Source: Camelus dromedarius (taxonomy: Eukaryota). Taken from it: a DNA stretch of 64,000 bases. Below the pieces are notes generated by a model. It searched no databases, was not told where the DNA came from, and was given only the letters and a program-made list of their open reading frames with translations. Both the position numbers and the translations under genes were made by a program. Where the stretch lies: contig NC_087436.1 in the NCBI RefSeq assembly GCF_036321535.1, positions 94,490,001-94,554,000 on the forward strand, read 5' to 3'. This document shows, piece by piece, positions 1 to 14,067 of this stretch (position 1 is the first letter of the stretch; every line of letters begins with the position of its first letter).

Positions 1-208
1 ATAATAAACATCAAATAATTTACCCGGTGAAACTATCAATTTAATACTAAGTAAGACAAAAATAATTCTTCCCTTATTAATTTTATTTCTAAGAACCAGG
101 TAGGCTGATTATGTTTTGATGGCTTAAAATTATTTTTTAAGACAGCTTGCTTTTAGTTTAGTAGAGTAGTCTTTCTTTTGTAATATTGATTCTTTTTTAA
201 TTTTATAG

Positions 209-348
209 AGAATTTGCCTGACCCTGGGAAAGCACAAGATTTTGTGAAGAAATTTAACCAGGTTCTTGGGGATGATGAGAAACTGCGGTCTCAGTTGGAG
301 TTGTTAATCAGCCCGACCTGTTCATGCAAACAGGCAGATGTTTGTGTG
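209..348 (+). CDS. PDS5A: PDS5A internal exon (first in window; (K)[15 protein letters not shown]...KQADVCV)
   Basis: ttttatag|AG acceptor and GTG|gttagt donor; 140 nt; peptide recognised as PDS5A. Confidence 0.95.
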
Positions 349-3300
349 GTTAGTAAATTATACTTCCACATTTGTTCTCCTAGCTTTGCTTATAGAAGCT
401 TTTATTTCATTAAAGCCTGCTATACATAGATTATTTTATTTGTATGAGTTTAACAATATTATGAGCTCTGAATTACCTACAAATAGATCTGTGCTCAACT
501 TAGTTCTCTTTACTTACCACTCATCAGCCAAATTGCAGGAAAAACATTAAGTGGTCCTAGGAATTGAGCAAGATAAAATGCTGTGTATTTAGTAGACACT
601 CATTAGGTAAATAAGAATTTTCTAAAGGCTTGTGTGTGTATGTATTTTCTTCTCCCATGCATTAGCACAGAAAAAACCCTTGTTGGTAAATCAGCAATAG
701 TTACATTGCCATATGTGCATTTATAGATAATTCCTATCTAGGCTTTTGTCTTCATTATGTTTGTAAACTATTTATTGTATAGAAAACTAGAATTATAGAC
801 AGCATCTGGAAGGAAAACTTCATTCATTTATTCAGCATTTTATGAGACAGTTCTCTAATTTCATTCATATCAATTACTACCAGTATAACCTTTAGTAAGT
901 TCTTCAGTATCTTTGAGCCTCATGTTTATTGCCTGTAAGTGTTAACAACCTCGCAGGGTTGTTAAGAGGAGATATATATAGATACAGATATTTGACCCTG
1001 CACTACCCTTTAGGATTTAAGTGAATTGTATTTCTATGCTATTACACATATATGACAAACACTATGCTTGGACCCAGCTTACAGAGATGAATAAGAGAAA
1101 GAAAATCATTTGTTATTTCTGTCTAACTTTGTTCTGGAAAGAATTAGAGTGGGATAATTATTTAAATATGTGATAAGGGATAAAGACTATAATATATATA
1201 TACAAGTCTTCTGGGAGCATGGAGTAGGTTTTTTGTTTTTGTTTTTTCAATCTAGTAGGGATACAGGCCTGGCAGGAATATAGGATCTCTAAGTGGGTCT
1301 AAAACGAGTAGTAATTAGGATGAAGTTGGGGGGAAACATGTTAGGGAAGGGAGCAGTGGGCTCTTCCTTTGGACCTAGGGATGTGGATGTGCCAACTACT
1401 CAGACTACCTCAGTCTTTGCATTTCTGAGCTGGGTGGTTTGCTGAGAACGTCTAAAGATTTCATTTACATATTTGGCATTTAGAATTCTAGTTTCAGAAT
1501 ACTATGTCCTACAGGGCATCTATTATTATAAGTTGGATCATAGAATGAAATAGCTTGAAAATACCCTAGAGATAATTGACTTAACCACTTTATTTTACAG
1601 ATAAGGAAATTGAATTTTAAGAAGGTGAAGTTTCTCATTCAGTGTTTCACAGCTAGTTATAGTGGCTGAGCTGCAGGTAGAGTCCAGATCTCATAGACCC
1701 ACGATAGTGTTCTTTCTATACATTCCATCATTGTTTGCAAGAACCAGCACAAGCTGTACTGTATTGCTAGAGTACTGCTCAAGAAATACGGACCTTGAGA
1801 ACAAACAATCAAGTGGTATTATTTGGTCTGAGAAAAAAGTAGGACTTGGGCTTAAGTTTGAAAAATGGCAGTAATGTGAATTCCTGCTGTTTGCCAGACC
1901 AGAAATATCTAAGAGTTTCCAAATCCAAAAAGTATATGCAAAACAGATGTAACCAGAACACCTCAGGATGAATACTGCAGTCATGCAATGCAGCCAATCA
2001 GTGCTTCTGATTTTAGGAACCAGGAAAGTAGAGATGAGGACTGACTGTGCTTGCACTGGAAAGAGCAAGATAATGATGCCTTTTTGGAGGGGAGGTTATT
2101 CTGAGGATGTTTAAGTAATGGGCCACAAAATGGCTAATAGAACTCTGTTCTAGAAGAAAAAATTTCTACTCTTCACATTTTTAACTTCATTTTCTATGGT
2201 AAATAGTTTCACAGTCATTTCTCTCTTAGCTCTTAACGTTGTATATTCTAAGCACATTTTTTAATCTATGTATTCTCTTGTGTAAAGTAGGACTTAACAA
2301 CAGCCTTAAATGCTCAGGAAAACAACCACTGTTAGAATAGTTTTTGCTGTTTTTCAGAACATCTGTATCATTTTGTCCTTTTCTGCAAGGGCTTTTGATA
2401 TTAGTTACACGTATGCTTTAATATCCACATTCCTTTTTACCTAATAGTTTCATTCTGAAGGAGAAGAAATATATAAACATAAAATTAGTTTCTGTCATTC
2501 TTTGTGGCTTTTATTCCATCTTTGGGAGTCCCTTCTCTGTCTCCTACTAATGTGTATTTACCATCACCTCTTTTCTAAATGACAGTAGCTTCCTACTTCT
2601 TAAGAGGTGAACATTACTTAGTAAGAATGGAGATTCTGATAGTTTTCTCCCCCTTTGCCTCAGTTCCAATCCTGAACATTTTTAGCAAAAATACTTTAAA
2701 CAAGAAATATGAATAGATACATACTGTGGAGTAAAACGACTATGCATGATGCTGTAGTGAGAGGGTGAGCAATGGTATTGAGATCTGTGCTATATAGATT
2801 TGCTTTTTCTTTAGACTTCAAGTTTTGAGTTTCCACACCTTGATTCTAGAAAAGGACCACTTATTTACCATAGCTTCAGCTCTGCTTGTTATTTTATCCT
2901 CTAGAACCTTCCTATGATAATTGTTCCCAAATTTTAAGATTTTCCATGAAGGTTGTTAATTCAGCATTTGAGGCAGTCCTAGGTTTGAATTTCAGCTGTA
3001 ACAGTTACTATCAGTGTGACCTTTAGTAAGTTACTCACTATTTTTGAGCCTCATTTTCTTCATCTCTAAATATTGTCAGTGTCATAGGATTGTTAAATGA
3101 ATAAGATCGAGTGAAATTTTATGTATGGCCTAATAGAAGGCCCCCTGCACTGCCCTTTAAGATGTAAATAAATAGTAATTCTATGGTATTACATACACAT
3201 GACAAACACTGGGATGCACAGTACGTGTGAGTATCCTTATTTTTTTTCTTGAATGTGTAAAGAAAACAGGAAACTGTTTAGTTGCTGCTATTACCTGCCA

Positions 3301-4908
3301 CAAACTAATTTGGCTTGCTGCTTATCCCCAGTATCACTTAAGATTCTTGACACATGTCATATTTTAAAATAGTTGTTATGAGAGATTATCTAAATATTAC
3401 GTATATAAAATGTGATTATGAAGGGTTACCTAAATGTAAGATTGTTATGTGGGATTACAGAAACACCAAGTTTTTAAAACTGTCTAATATTATTGTTTAT
3501 ATACAGTGGTATATTTTATATAGTGCTATTACTGTGTTTAAATGTGAATTTTTCTTTTTCCCTTTAGCATTTCCTTTTTTATTTTTCTATGCTTATATAG
3601 TACCATATACAGGACTAGGTAGTATCATAACTGTCTTCCCTAATGCTTTTCCATTTGTTATTACTTATATATAGTTTGTCTAGCAATTTTCCAGAGGTGT
3701 ATTTGTTGTTAGACAGTCACTGACTTTGTTAAAGCAATTAAATTCAATACAGAGTGGGGGAAAATCACCTCTTTGGGAGACCTGCACAAAAAAAAAATTG
3801 ATTTCAAAAGATAATATAGTCTTCAAGTTCAGATTTTAAATATGTGTGTGTGTGACTTAGAGCAAATTATATGAAGACTGAGTACTGCTTAAAATATTAT
3901 TTTCCCAAATGCTGAAGTTTTGCCCAGTTAATTGCACCTTACAAAATAAATCAGGCATCTCTTAATGACTAAAAAGTTTTTTTCAGAATCTGTTCCTTCG
4001 GATTTACACTCTAATAACTAATATGGATGGTATCTAATTTAGTATGACCCTTATAATTAATTTGTGTCAAGACGTCTCTGAAACTAGGAATTTTTTTTTC
4101 CTTTATCCCCCTGGAAAAATATCATTAGATTTTTTTATGAAAAAAATACTTATTAATAGAGTGACTATCATTTATTACTGCTTTATAGTTTGGAGGACGT
4201 TTTAATATGCATTATCTTCTCAGCTAACATTTACATTTACTCATCAGAGATAGTGAATTAAAAGCCTTGTTATTAAAGTAAATTTCTTTCCCAGTGCCCA
4301 GCACATTGTAAATTTAATCTTGTCTTTGGAGGAATCCATCTCTGTAATCATTAAGTCCTTATATTCTTTGCAAACTTCCAGCAGTAATGTCTTTTCTTTG
4401 TAAGAGCTGTTTGATATAATTCCACCATCTTTGAATTATGTTCTTCTAGAACTGAAAAACTTTATAAATTTATGAATGAATTCTCTTCTCTTTAAAAAAA
4501 CAAATTGTTGACATAAATAAAACACAATTTTTTTTTCAAATTAAGAAGTAAACCAATAAAACGTACCCATGAAAGTACAAGTTGTTTTTTAATTTTTTCA
4601 AAAGTAGTGCATTAAAGAGATTGTTTACTAAGCAGTAATTTCATGGGAGAAATATGAGATAAAAGGCATAAGTCATACCATGTCACCCCCCTTTCTCTTC
4701 TCTCAAGTCCAGGTTTTGTAGTGATTCCCTAATCAGTATATAATTTTAGCCAGGGTGTAAAGCAGAAAAAAGTTTTTTTGTTTTTTTTTGTGTTTTTTTA
4801 ACATCTGATGGTTTTGAATCTTTAAATGCTTTTGATGCTCAGTCATCTTTATTTTGAAAAACATGAAAGAGAATCAGACTTAATGGTAAAACTCTTTCCT
4901 TCCTATAG

Positions 4909-5024
4909 AGAGAAATAGCTCGGAAACTTGCAAATCCTAAGCAGCCAACAAATCCTTTTCTAGAGATGGTCAAATTTCTGTTGGAAAGAATTGCACCTGT
5001 GCACATTGATTCAGAAGCTATAAG
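4909..5024 (+). CDS. PDS5A: PDS5A exon ([38 protein letters not shown])
   Basis: tcctatag| acceptor and AG|gtaagc donor; 116 nt, phase 0 to 2. Confidence 0.95.
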
Positions 5025-5614
5025 GTAAGCTAGGAAATATATTCACTCAAAAATAAGACTATAGTCTGAAACTACAGTGTTGTAAATTTAAATTCTAGGT
5101 CCCTAAGGAGACCTAAAAAGGTTCTCTGCAGAATAGTATTTTGAAAGGAGCACAAGATTGCCATTAGACTAATCTGCTTTCAAAATATATATCTGTTACT
5201 TACCAGCTTAGTGGCTTTGGGGAAAGTTCTCTAATTTATGAGTTTTTAATTTATTTTTAACTTTAATGTGGGTATAACGTCTCCTTGTTGGATGATTGTG
5301 GATTAGTGATAAATATATAAAAAGTAAGTAGCCTAGCATAACAAACAGTGACAGCTATTGTTCTTAACTGTTCCCATAATTTCATACATTTCAGTTGTTT
5401 CTAATGATTTCCCATTGTAAACTTGTGTGAATACTTTTCCCTTGCCCTAAGCATTTTTCCTGTAGGTTAGCTATATATCTTTCTTTTCACGTTAGATTAC
5501 TAAATAGCATTTATTGACTCTTTTTTCAAACAGCCTTGGATTAGGAGACCTGGTTCTAGGTATTAGTTCTTTCATCTTATGTGAATCACTGCTTTGGTTG
5601 TATTGAAATACCAA

Positions 5615-5980
5615 TTCTTTTCATTTGCTACGGCTGCCATAACAAAATGTCATAGACTGTGTGACTAAAACAACAGAAATTTATTTTCTCACATTCTGGA
5701 GGCTAGCAGTCCAAGATCAAGGTATCAACAAGTTTAATTTCTCCTGAACCTCTCTCATAGCGTGCAGATAACCTCCTCCTTGCTTTCCTTACACATCAAT
5801 GTCGTAATCTCCTCTTCATATATGGACAACAGTCATTGAGGATTATCGCCCACCCATTTGACCTCAGTTTACCTTAATTATCTCTTTAAAGGCCCTATTT
5901 CCAAATATAGTCACATTCTGAGGTACTGGAGGCTAGGATTTCAGCATATAAATTTAGGGAGTACATAATTTAGTTCATAA
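5615..5980 (-). mobile_element. MLT1-type (MaLR) solo LTR
   Basis: ggctgccataacaaa...aacaacagaaatttattttctcaca...tccaagatcaagg...tcacattctgaggtactgg, typical MLT1 motifs. Confidence 0.8.
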
Positions 5981-7899
5981 TGGTAATGTGGGGTTTGGGG
6001 GGTTTTTTAACTAAGATTTCCTTATCCTTTTACTTCCTTATTTGCAAATAAGAAAACTAAGGTTTCAGAGAGACTAAGTGGTATGTTCCACAGCTGGGTG
6101 ATGACAAAAAACTATAATAACTTAAACTGAGATTCTTTGCTCTATACCATTTGATTTTAATGGGATAAATCAAGGAAATGACAGACTTGAGCACTCTTAC
6201 CTTTGCATATTGACTTTGAAAGAGACATATAATGGCATCAGGAAACCTCTGCTATTTGTCTCCATGAGGCCTCACAGGGTTTCGTTACTTTAGTAAATTA
6301 TAATAAGCTAGTGTTTGATCTACAATCTTAAAAGACCAAAAACTCAATTTTTTTTCGATAGCTTCATGGTTGTTTGGACTCAGAGAAAACAACTTGTGGT
6401 TAGGATTTCAAAGAGACTAATTTTATGCAAAATTCCCATTAATTTTTCTGGGAAATATGTCATAATACTCCTTCCATGTAACCAAATATTCATGGAATAT
6501 AAATTGCAGATAAAAGCCTTGATGATTCATTTAACATTACATTTAATGGAGCAATTTGTAAAGTACATTGGGTAACTGGGGAAGGAGAGCTACCTACCTA
6601 ACCCAGACTGTGAGATAGGCTTGTTACTAGGGAAGGTTCCTGAAATAGATGGTATATAATATGGGTAGTGAAAGATCAGTAGGAATTCTAGTAGATTGGC
6701 AAGGTGAAGATTGCAGGGCAAGAGCAGACCAGGCCACTAGCCCCATGGCATTGGGTAAGTTATTTAAACTGCTCTGAGCTTTAATTTTCTCATCTTTAAA
6801 ATAAGAACAATAATAATAATTACTACTCAGTGGAGTTGTTGAGAGGCTGAAATAACACATGAATATGTAAAGCACTTAGCATAATGCCTCACACACAGTA
6901 AGTGCTGAATGAGTGTTAGTAGCTATTCTAGCAGACATAAAAGAACAAAGGCAAAAGGAATCAGTAGGTATTTAGAAAATTGCATGTACTTCAACCATGA
7001 TGAAAGATTTGGGAAGAAAGGATTGGGAATAGTAGAAAATCATTATAAATACAACCATTTTTAAATTTATTTATTTATTTTGTTATATTTCCCTCAGACT
7101 TATGTCCATACAAATATACATATGCATACTACAGTTAGTTATTGGTCTGTAGATAGTGGTTGAAAGTGAAGTAGTAATTGTAGTAATGATTAAAACCTGG
7201 AGAGAGTGTACAATTTAAAAGGAAAAAGGTTGAGGACTGAATCCTGCAGAAAATTAGCAGTTAAGAAGCTGGCAAAAGATAAGGAATTTATTAAATTTGA
7301 AAAATGTTTTAATGGAGGCATGGTCAAAAGTAGAAAATCAGGAAAGTGGTATCACAGAAGCCAAAGAGGGACTAAAAGGTCAGGGGTCAGATGCTACCAA
7401 GAGTGAAATAAGTACTAAAAAAGTATCCGTTGAATTTAGAAAATAGAAAAACAACACAATGCCCAGAATAGTTTCTTTGGTTAGCAAGGGTGAATCAGAT
7501 TACCATCAATTGAGAAGGGCATAAGATAGTCCTTCCACATCCACATCATGTGTACACAAAGGAAATATTGAGCAGAGAAAACTGTTCAAGCCTAGAGGTG
7601 ACTGGCCTAGCTCAGTAGGAGTCCACTATATCCCACCTGGCCACCTTGAGGTCTGAGAAAACCAAAGGGCTATATACCCTGTCATACCTCTAAACTGCTA
7701 TAGGAGATAAATGTTCCCCGTTTATCTGGGGGAGCCAGTATAAACAGTTTAGCTATAAAAAGCAAAGGAGAAAAATGAGATGATGCAGAGAGTAAGTTTG
7801 AAGAAGGGTCTTTTTTTGTTGTTTTTAATGAAGGAATTTTGAATATTTAAATACCTTTAAAAGGTATTGAAGAGTCTTGAATTCAGGCCAAATCCTGTG

Positions 7900-8440
7900 T
7901 GTGATTTTTCAAGCTCAACCCTAGTCAGTTACAAAGACTTTATCTGGAAGGCCTCATTGGGGAAAACTGCCCTCCATGCACCAAACTTTGTACACAGGCA
8001 ATGCACTGCATTCTCTGAAAGAAGTTGCAGTCAAGAACTCGGGAGCTTACAGTCCATGGCCTTGCATGTGGCTGTGTTCTGAACCCAGATGCCTCCATTT
8101 GAGGCCTCCTTATGAGTATATCGGGGTAAGGAGGTCCTGAGCCAAGGCTTTTCCCAGGTGTCTCTGCCAAGATCTCGTTATCAGGAGGGGGAAAGTAGAA
8201 GCTATGAAAATATCTTCTCATCTCTGACTGAGTACTTTTCCACTCCTGACCCTTCTCCTCTCCCTTCTCTCTGTTCTATAAAAGGGCATAAACCCTTGTT
8301 TGGGACTCCCTCAGCAGGGAAAGAATCCCAGCTCTTAGCTGGTCCACCTGCCCCTTACCTAATGCTCTTCTGTGGGCATAAATGGGATAGTCGGGGAACC
8401 AGTTGATTTTTTCCTATTTGGCTTCTGGTTTAACATCACA
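7900..8440 (+). mobile_element. Probable ERV solo LTR
   Basis: GC-rich block bounded by TGTGAT...ATCACA inverted ends, internal ctataaaa TATA-like box; no clear TSD. Confidence 0.5.
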
Positions 8441-9245
8441 GTAAGTGATTAAAGGCTAAAAAAAGGTATTAAAAGAAGAGAGGTTGAAGATGGGCTAAAA
8501 GGAACAGAACTATGATAGAACAGTATCCCTAAAGAAACAGAACAGGAAGAATGAAATCTTCCCCGATGACGTGAAAAAATGATAGATACAAATTCGAGGA
8601 GGTAAGAAGATAAGGTATAGAAAATTACAGTTTTTACTCAAAGCCTCCATTATTCTCCATTAGGTTAAAAAGTGAGGTAATCTGCTCAGTGTAAGAATTT
8701 AAAAAATAGACCTAAGTTAGAATGGTAAAGATTTGAAACAGTTCTTATACAGAATAGGAGAGAAAGATGTCCCTTACCAAAGAAGACGTCCCAAGCAGTT
8801 TTAGATTGGTGATAATCTTTTGCTTCATGATATCCCATGAAGTATATGGAATGCATATTACTTATCTAATTTAGAAATGAGGGAAAATACTTTCACAGGA
8901 GAGAAGACTACAGTTCTGGCTTCAGTATTTGGGTCTTTTCTCAGATAGTGTTTCGACTCATAGTGGTGACCCCACCTGCATTGTAATGAAAGCAGAGATT
9001 ATGCCTGTCTTGTTTTACACTATATTTCCAGGATAAACCCTAAGACTTAGCAAACAGTAGGTAGTCAGTAAATACTGAATAAATAAATGTGTGCACTGAC
9101 TTCTATCACAAGTGGTCAGATACATTTTTGTAAATTTTATCAAACATATTTATAATCTTGTTAGTAAATTCATGGTTTTTATAGGATTTCCTTCTAACAG
9201 AAAGCTTAATTTAGAATATTTTTCTCAAATTGTGAATAAGTTTTA

Positions 9246-9268
9246 ATATATATATATATATATATATA
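9246..9268. repeat. (AT)n microsatellite
   Basis: About 11 AT units. Confidence 0.9.
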
Positions 9269-9289
9269 AAATGTAAGAGGTTACACTTC

Positions 9290-10880
9290 TAGAACAAAAT
9301 ATAGGGTAAGCAAGATTTCTTAGTGAAATCTAAGTGACAGAAAATTATTTTTTTCTCTTTGCAAGACACCATTAAGAAACAGAAAAGTCAGACCACAGAA
9401 CCAGAAAATATTTGCAAAACATATATCTGATAAAAAATTATATCCAGAATATTAAAAGAACTCTTACTACTCAATATTAAGACCAGTTTTAAAATGGGCA
9501 AAAAATTTTAACAGATACTTTACCAAATAAAATATATAAATAATAAATAAGCACAATAAAAGACAATCAACATTATTACTTATTATGGAAATGCAAATTC
9601 AAATTACAATAAGAAATACCACTACACACTTACTAGGTGGCTTAAATTTAAGATAGTGACTATACACAGTGTTGGTAAGGATGTAGACTGACTTAACCAT
9701 GTGTTGGTGATGTTGAAAGCAGTTTGTTGTAACATTAAATGTACATATATCACCAAACAACTCAGGAATCCCAATACTAGACATTCACCTGTAAGAAAAG
9801 AAAACATACTTCCCATAAAGACTAATATTTAACTGCCTGTAGCAGCTTTATTTACATCTTTAAAGTGGAAAGACCTAGAAGTCCATCAGTTGGTAATTGG
9901 ATAAACATATTGTTGTGTACCTATACAACAGAATATTCAGAAGTAGAAAAGAATGAACCACTGATTCTATACAGCTACATGGAGGAATCTCAAAAGCATT
10001 GTCACATAAAAGTTGTCAGTTGCAAATATATAAAATATACAAAATTTTAGAAAAGGTAAAATTATAGTGACAGAAACCAGATCAGTGATTGCCAAGTTGG
10101 GAAAAAGGAATTGACCGCAGAAGAGGAATAAGGCAAGTTTTTGTGGAGACGAGAATGTTTTATGTATGGATCTCCACGGTGAGACACTACTTTACACCTG
10201 CTAGAATGGCTATAATCGAAAAGACAAGTTGGAAGGGATGTAGAAAAATTGGAACCCTCATGTATTGCTAGTGGGAATGTAAAATGGTGGAGCTGCTTTG
10301 TAAAACAGTTTGGCAGTTCCTCCAAAAGTGGTATATGGTGCCACAAAGTTACTATATAAACTTGCAATTACACTCCTGAATATATGCCCATACAAAACCT
10401 GTGTATGAATGTTCATGGCAATATTATTCACAGTAGCTAAAAAAGCAGAAACAATCCAAACTGTCCTATGTGCATACGCTGGAACATTGTTTAGAATTAA
10501 AACTAATAAAGTCCTGTTACATACTACAACATGGATGAACCTCGAGAACAGTTTGCTAAGAGAAAGGAGTCCACTTTTCTTTCAGAAGTGGACTTTTGAA
10601 AGATCACATATTGTATGGTTCCATTTATATGAGATATTCAGAATACGTAAATGTATATAGCAGCAGAAAGTAAATTAGCAGATGCCTAGGGCTAGAGGAG
10701 GTGGGGATGAGTAAGAAATGATTCCTAATGGGGAAGAGGTTTGTTTTGGGATGAGGGGAAAGCTAATTTTAGATTGTGGTAATGGTTGTACAGCCCTATG
10801 ACTATACTGAAAAACTATTGACTTACACATTTTAAATAGGTGAATTGTATGGTATGTAAATTGTATTATAAGTTAATATT
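9290..10880 (+). mobile_element. Old L1 (L1M-type) 3' fragments, probably nested
   Basis: Degenerate ORF2 C-terminal motifs (RHYFTPARMAII) and 3' UTR motifs (catactacaacatggatgaacc...ccatttatatga). Confidence 0.75.
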
Positions 10881-11889
10881 CATACACTAACATCCAATTT
10901 GGTTTTTTTTAAAGTTTTTGCATCAATTGAAGATATTGATGAAGCTTTTAAACTATTGTGATGTAAAAGGGGAAATGAAAATGCTGAAAGTGGTTTAAAT
11001 TTCAGCATCTGCATCTTAACATGTATTTTGTACTTTAAAAATTTTATTGACTTAAATATGTATAACACCAAGGGAAAAAATTTAACCTAAAACTTTTATG
11101 ATTATGGTCCATTTGTTGAATATTTGCCTGTACTAGGCTATTTGCTATAATAATTTAATGTCCTCAAAGTAATATTTTCTTCAGTTTCTTGATGAAGAAA
11201 TGAAGTCTCAAAACCAAAAATTACAGTTGTTTTTACTTAAATAATACCATATTGCCACATAGTCTGATTATTATTGATCAGGTAATACTTCATTTTGCTA
11301 GGTATGTTTGAAAAACTAATTCAGTAATGGTGGACACTTAAATAATTTTTAATTGATGAATCTGTTTATGAATATAGCCTGGTACTTCTTATGAATTGCT
11401 ATAAATTTCTTTGCTATAAATTTCTAGGAACAGAATTACTGATTTGATAAATTAATTGCGAGTGATTAATTTAATGCCTTTGTCCATGTGTGTGTTTATT
11501 AATTGTTTTTTTGCTTTGAGTGGATTGTCATTTGTCCATTAAGCAACTACCATCTTATTATTCTTAAAATTGCAAATGATCTCTATATGGGAATGAATAT
11601 TACCTTGCTTATACTTACAAAATATATTTTAGTATGTGTATGATTTAATTTTAGTTTTGTTTTTCCGTAGAGTTACTATTATTATACATTGAGTTGAAGG
11701 GGCAAATAAACTAAAAAATAAGTGCAGCTGTCATGTGGAGAGCAAAATTTAAAAAGTCACAAAATAACTTTTTCTCTCAGAAAATACTTGAATTTGATGT
11801 TTAGGTTCTACATATGTCTGCCACAATGCAATTAGGATGCAGTTACTATTCTAGAAGTGTTACTAATTTAGATTTTCTTATTTTAATAG

Positions 11890-11995
11890 TGCACTGGTAA
11901 AACTGATGAATAAATCAATAGAGGGGACAGCAGATGATGAAGAGGAGGGTGTAAGTCCAGATACAGCTATTCGTTCAGGACTTGAACTTCTTAAG
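11890..11995 (+). CDS. PDS5A: PDS5A exon ([36 protein letters not shown])
   Basis: ttttaatag| acceptor and AAG|gtattt donor; 106 nt; overlaps ORF 11906. Confidence 0.95.
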
Positions 11996-13681
11996 GTATT
12001 TTTTAAACAATTTGTCTCCACACATTTCCTCAGTGATAATTTGAATTCCTTTAAGGATATGCATCAGTCAGGCTTTATTTCATTGGAAACTATTCAAAAG
12101 GTTAAAATTTGTAGTGGAAATCATATTTTATAAAAATAACATGTTTTCTACATTATAATAATGTAATTATTTTACATTATAAGATAATAATGTTTTTTGG
12201 TTTTTGCTATTTTGTTCATCATTTGCCTGCCATGATTGTAATAGCATGTGCTTAATGATCTAGTCTTACCTTTCAGAGGACCTGCATCTGGGGTAGAAGG
12301 ACTGCTCACAGGAATTAATATGACAGCATCTATGTGATCGGGGATTTTTTAAACAATTGATAATCATAATAGAACGCAGAGAATTGATCAGTTAGTAAGA
12401 GATACAGCTTAATCTAGGGGGAACAGAGCATCATCAAAGAGAATAATTCTTGGCATGTTTTAGGGATTGTTGGGAGTCTAGCCTGACTAGAGAGAAGTAT
12501 TGCTTTGGGAAATACCAGGAGACAAAGTTGGTTCCAGATTGTGGTGTGCCACTGGGGCAGAAAGGTACTTACTATCAAGGACAGTTAACCTGGTTTTTAA
12601 TATGATGCAGCACTTGGTAAAGCTTTCAGTAGATGGAGTAAAGAGGAGAAGTTGTTGAAGGCAGAGAGACAGATCATTAAGACAACACGAGAACTACGGA
12701 AGTAGAGACAAACTAGTGCAATGAACTAATTAGACAAAAAAAGCGAGTGATGGGATTGTATTGGAATGGTCTTAAATATCATTTCATGGAAAGAATTGAT
12801 ATGATGCTTCATGAGAAAGATTTTAATTTTTGGTAATAGGGTTATATGTTTAAATAGTTTTAAGAGTGAAATCATCTTTAAGGCAAACATTTTTAATAGG
12901 TTTTTTGATTCAGCTTTTCAAGTTTAATTCTACATTGTCCTGTAAATAAAACCTCATATCTAAATATTATCATTGTAAACCTTACCAAATGAGACAGTCT
13001 CTTCTCTTTATAACCAATTAAATAAATCTTACTGAAAAAGTTAATGAGGAGTACATACTCTACTGCCCTCTGTCTTTGTTTCTCTGCTTTTAGCCCTAAT
13101 AAGGGCAGTCAAGTTGTTTCTTCCTCATATGAAGGTAAACTTTGTAGACATGTTGCATCTAACTTGCTGTAAATTCCTTAAGGATAGGCTGGAACTTACG
13201 TCATAATAAATAAGGGGAATAATTATGTTTGTAAGCATGATTAAAAGTTTACAATAATGGCTTTTTTGTTTATTATGATGAGTGAAATTTTTATGATGGA
13301 TTTCACTTGAAATATTTTCTTATACAGTATCTTTGTGCCAGTGAAATAAAGCTCTATGTTAGTATTTTGTTCACATCACGATACCACACTCCATAAAAAA
13401 GGAGCCACATTTCCCACTCCCAGTATTAGAATAGACTATGAGGTGAAGAAGAAAATAGGGCAAGGGCTGTTTTTACATCAGCTGTCTATTGCACAGTATT
13501 TCTGCTAGTGTCTCATTAGCCACAACTAACCACAAGGGAGGCTGTGGATACCATCTTTATTCTGTGTTGCTGGCATATGCAGCCCATAATTTAAATTTTT
13601 ATTTAGAGTAGAAAATAATTCTTTTCTTTTAATGGATTAAAACTATTGTCTGTACTTCTAAAGCTATATCTATTCCTCTAG

Positions 13682-13842
13682 GTTCTGTCTTTCACACATC
13701 CTACCTCGTTCCACTCTGCAGAGACATATGAGTCCCTGTTACAGTGCCTCAGAATGGAAGATGACAAGGTAGCAGAAGCTGCTATACAAATTTTTAGAAA
13801 TACAGGCCACAAAATAGAAACAGACCTACCCCAGATACGATC
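13682..13842 (+). CDS. PDS5A: PDS5A exon ([53 protein letters not shown])
   Basis: cctctag| acceptor and TC|gtgagt donor; 161 nt. Confidence 0.95.
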
Positions 13843-14067
13843 GTGAGTATGTTTTTTCTATTGGTAAACAGAAGTTTTCTAAGTGTGGGAGTCATAGGAT
13901 CATTTTTCCCTTTCACTCAGGAAGACAGGAGAAAGGAAAGACAACTCTTATTTAGAAACTACTATTCTATATCCTTTGTTTCATCTTTTCTCTGCTTCAC
14001 ACTCTCCCCTACCATTAGAATATGGGCAGAAGAACAAGTTGAAACTTTGTTTGAAGAAAATTATTTT

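Noticed and set aside
11396..11425. Perfect 15-bp tandem duplication (ttgctataaatttct x2)
   Set aside because: Ordinary slippage duplication with two units and no spacers; it is not an array.
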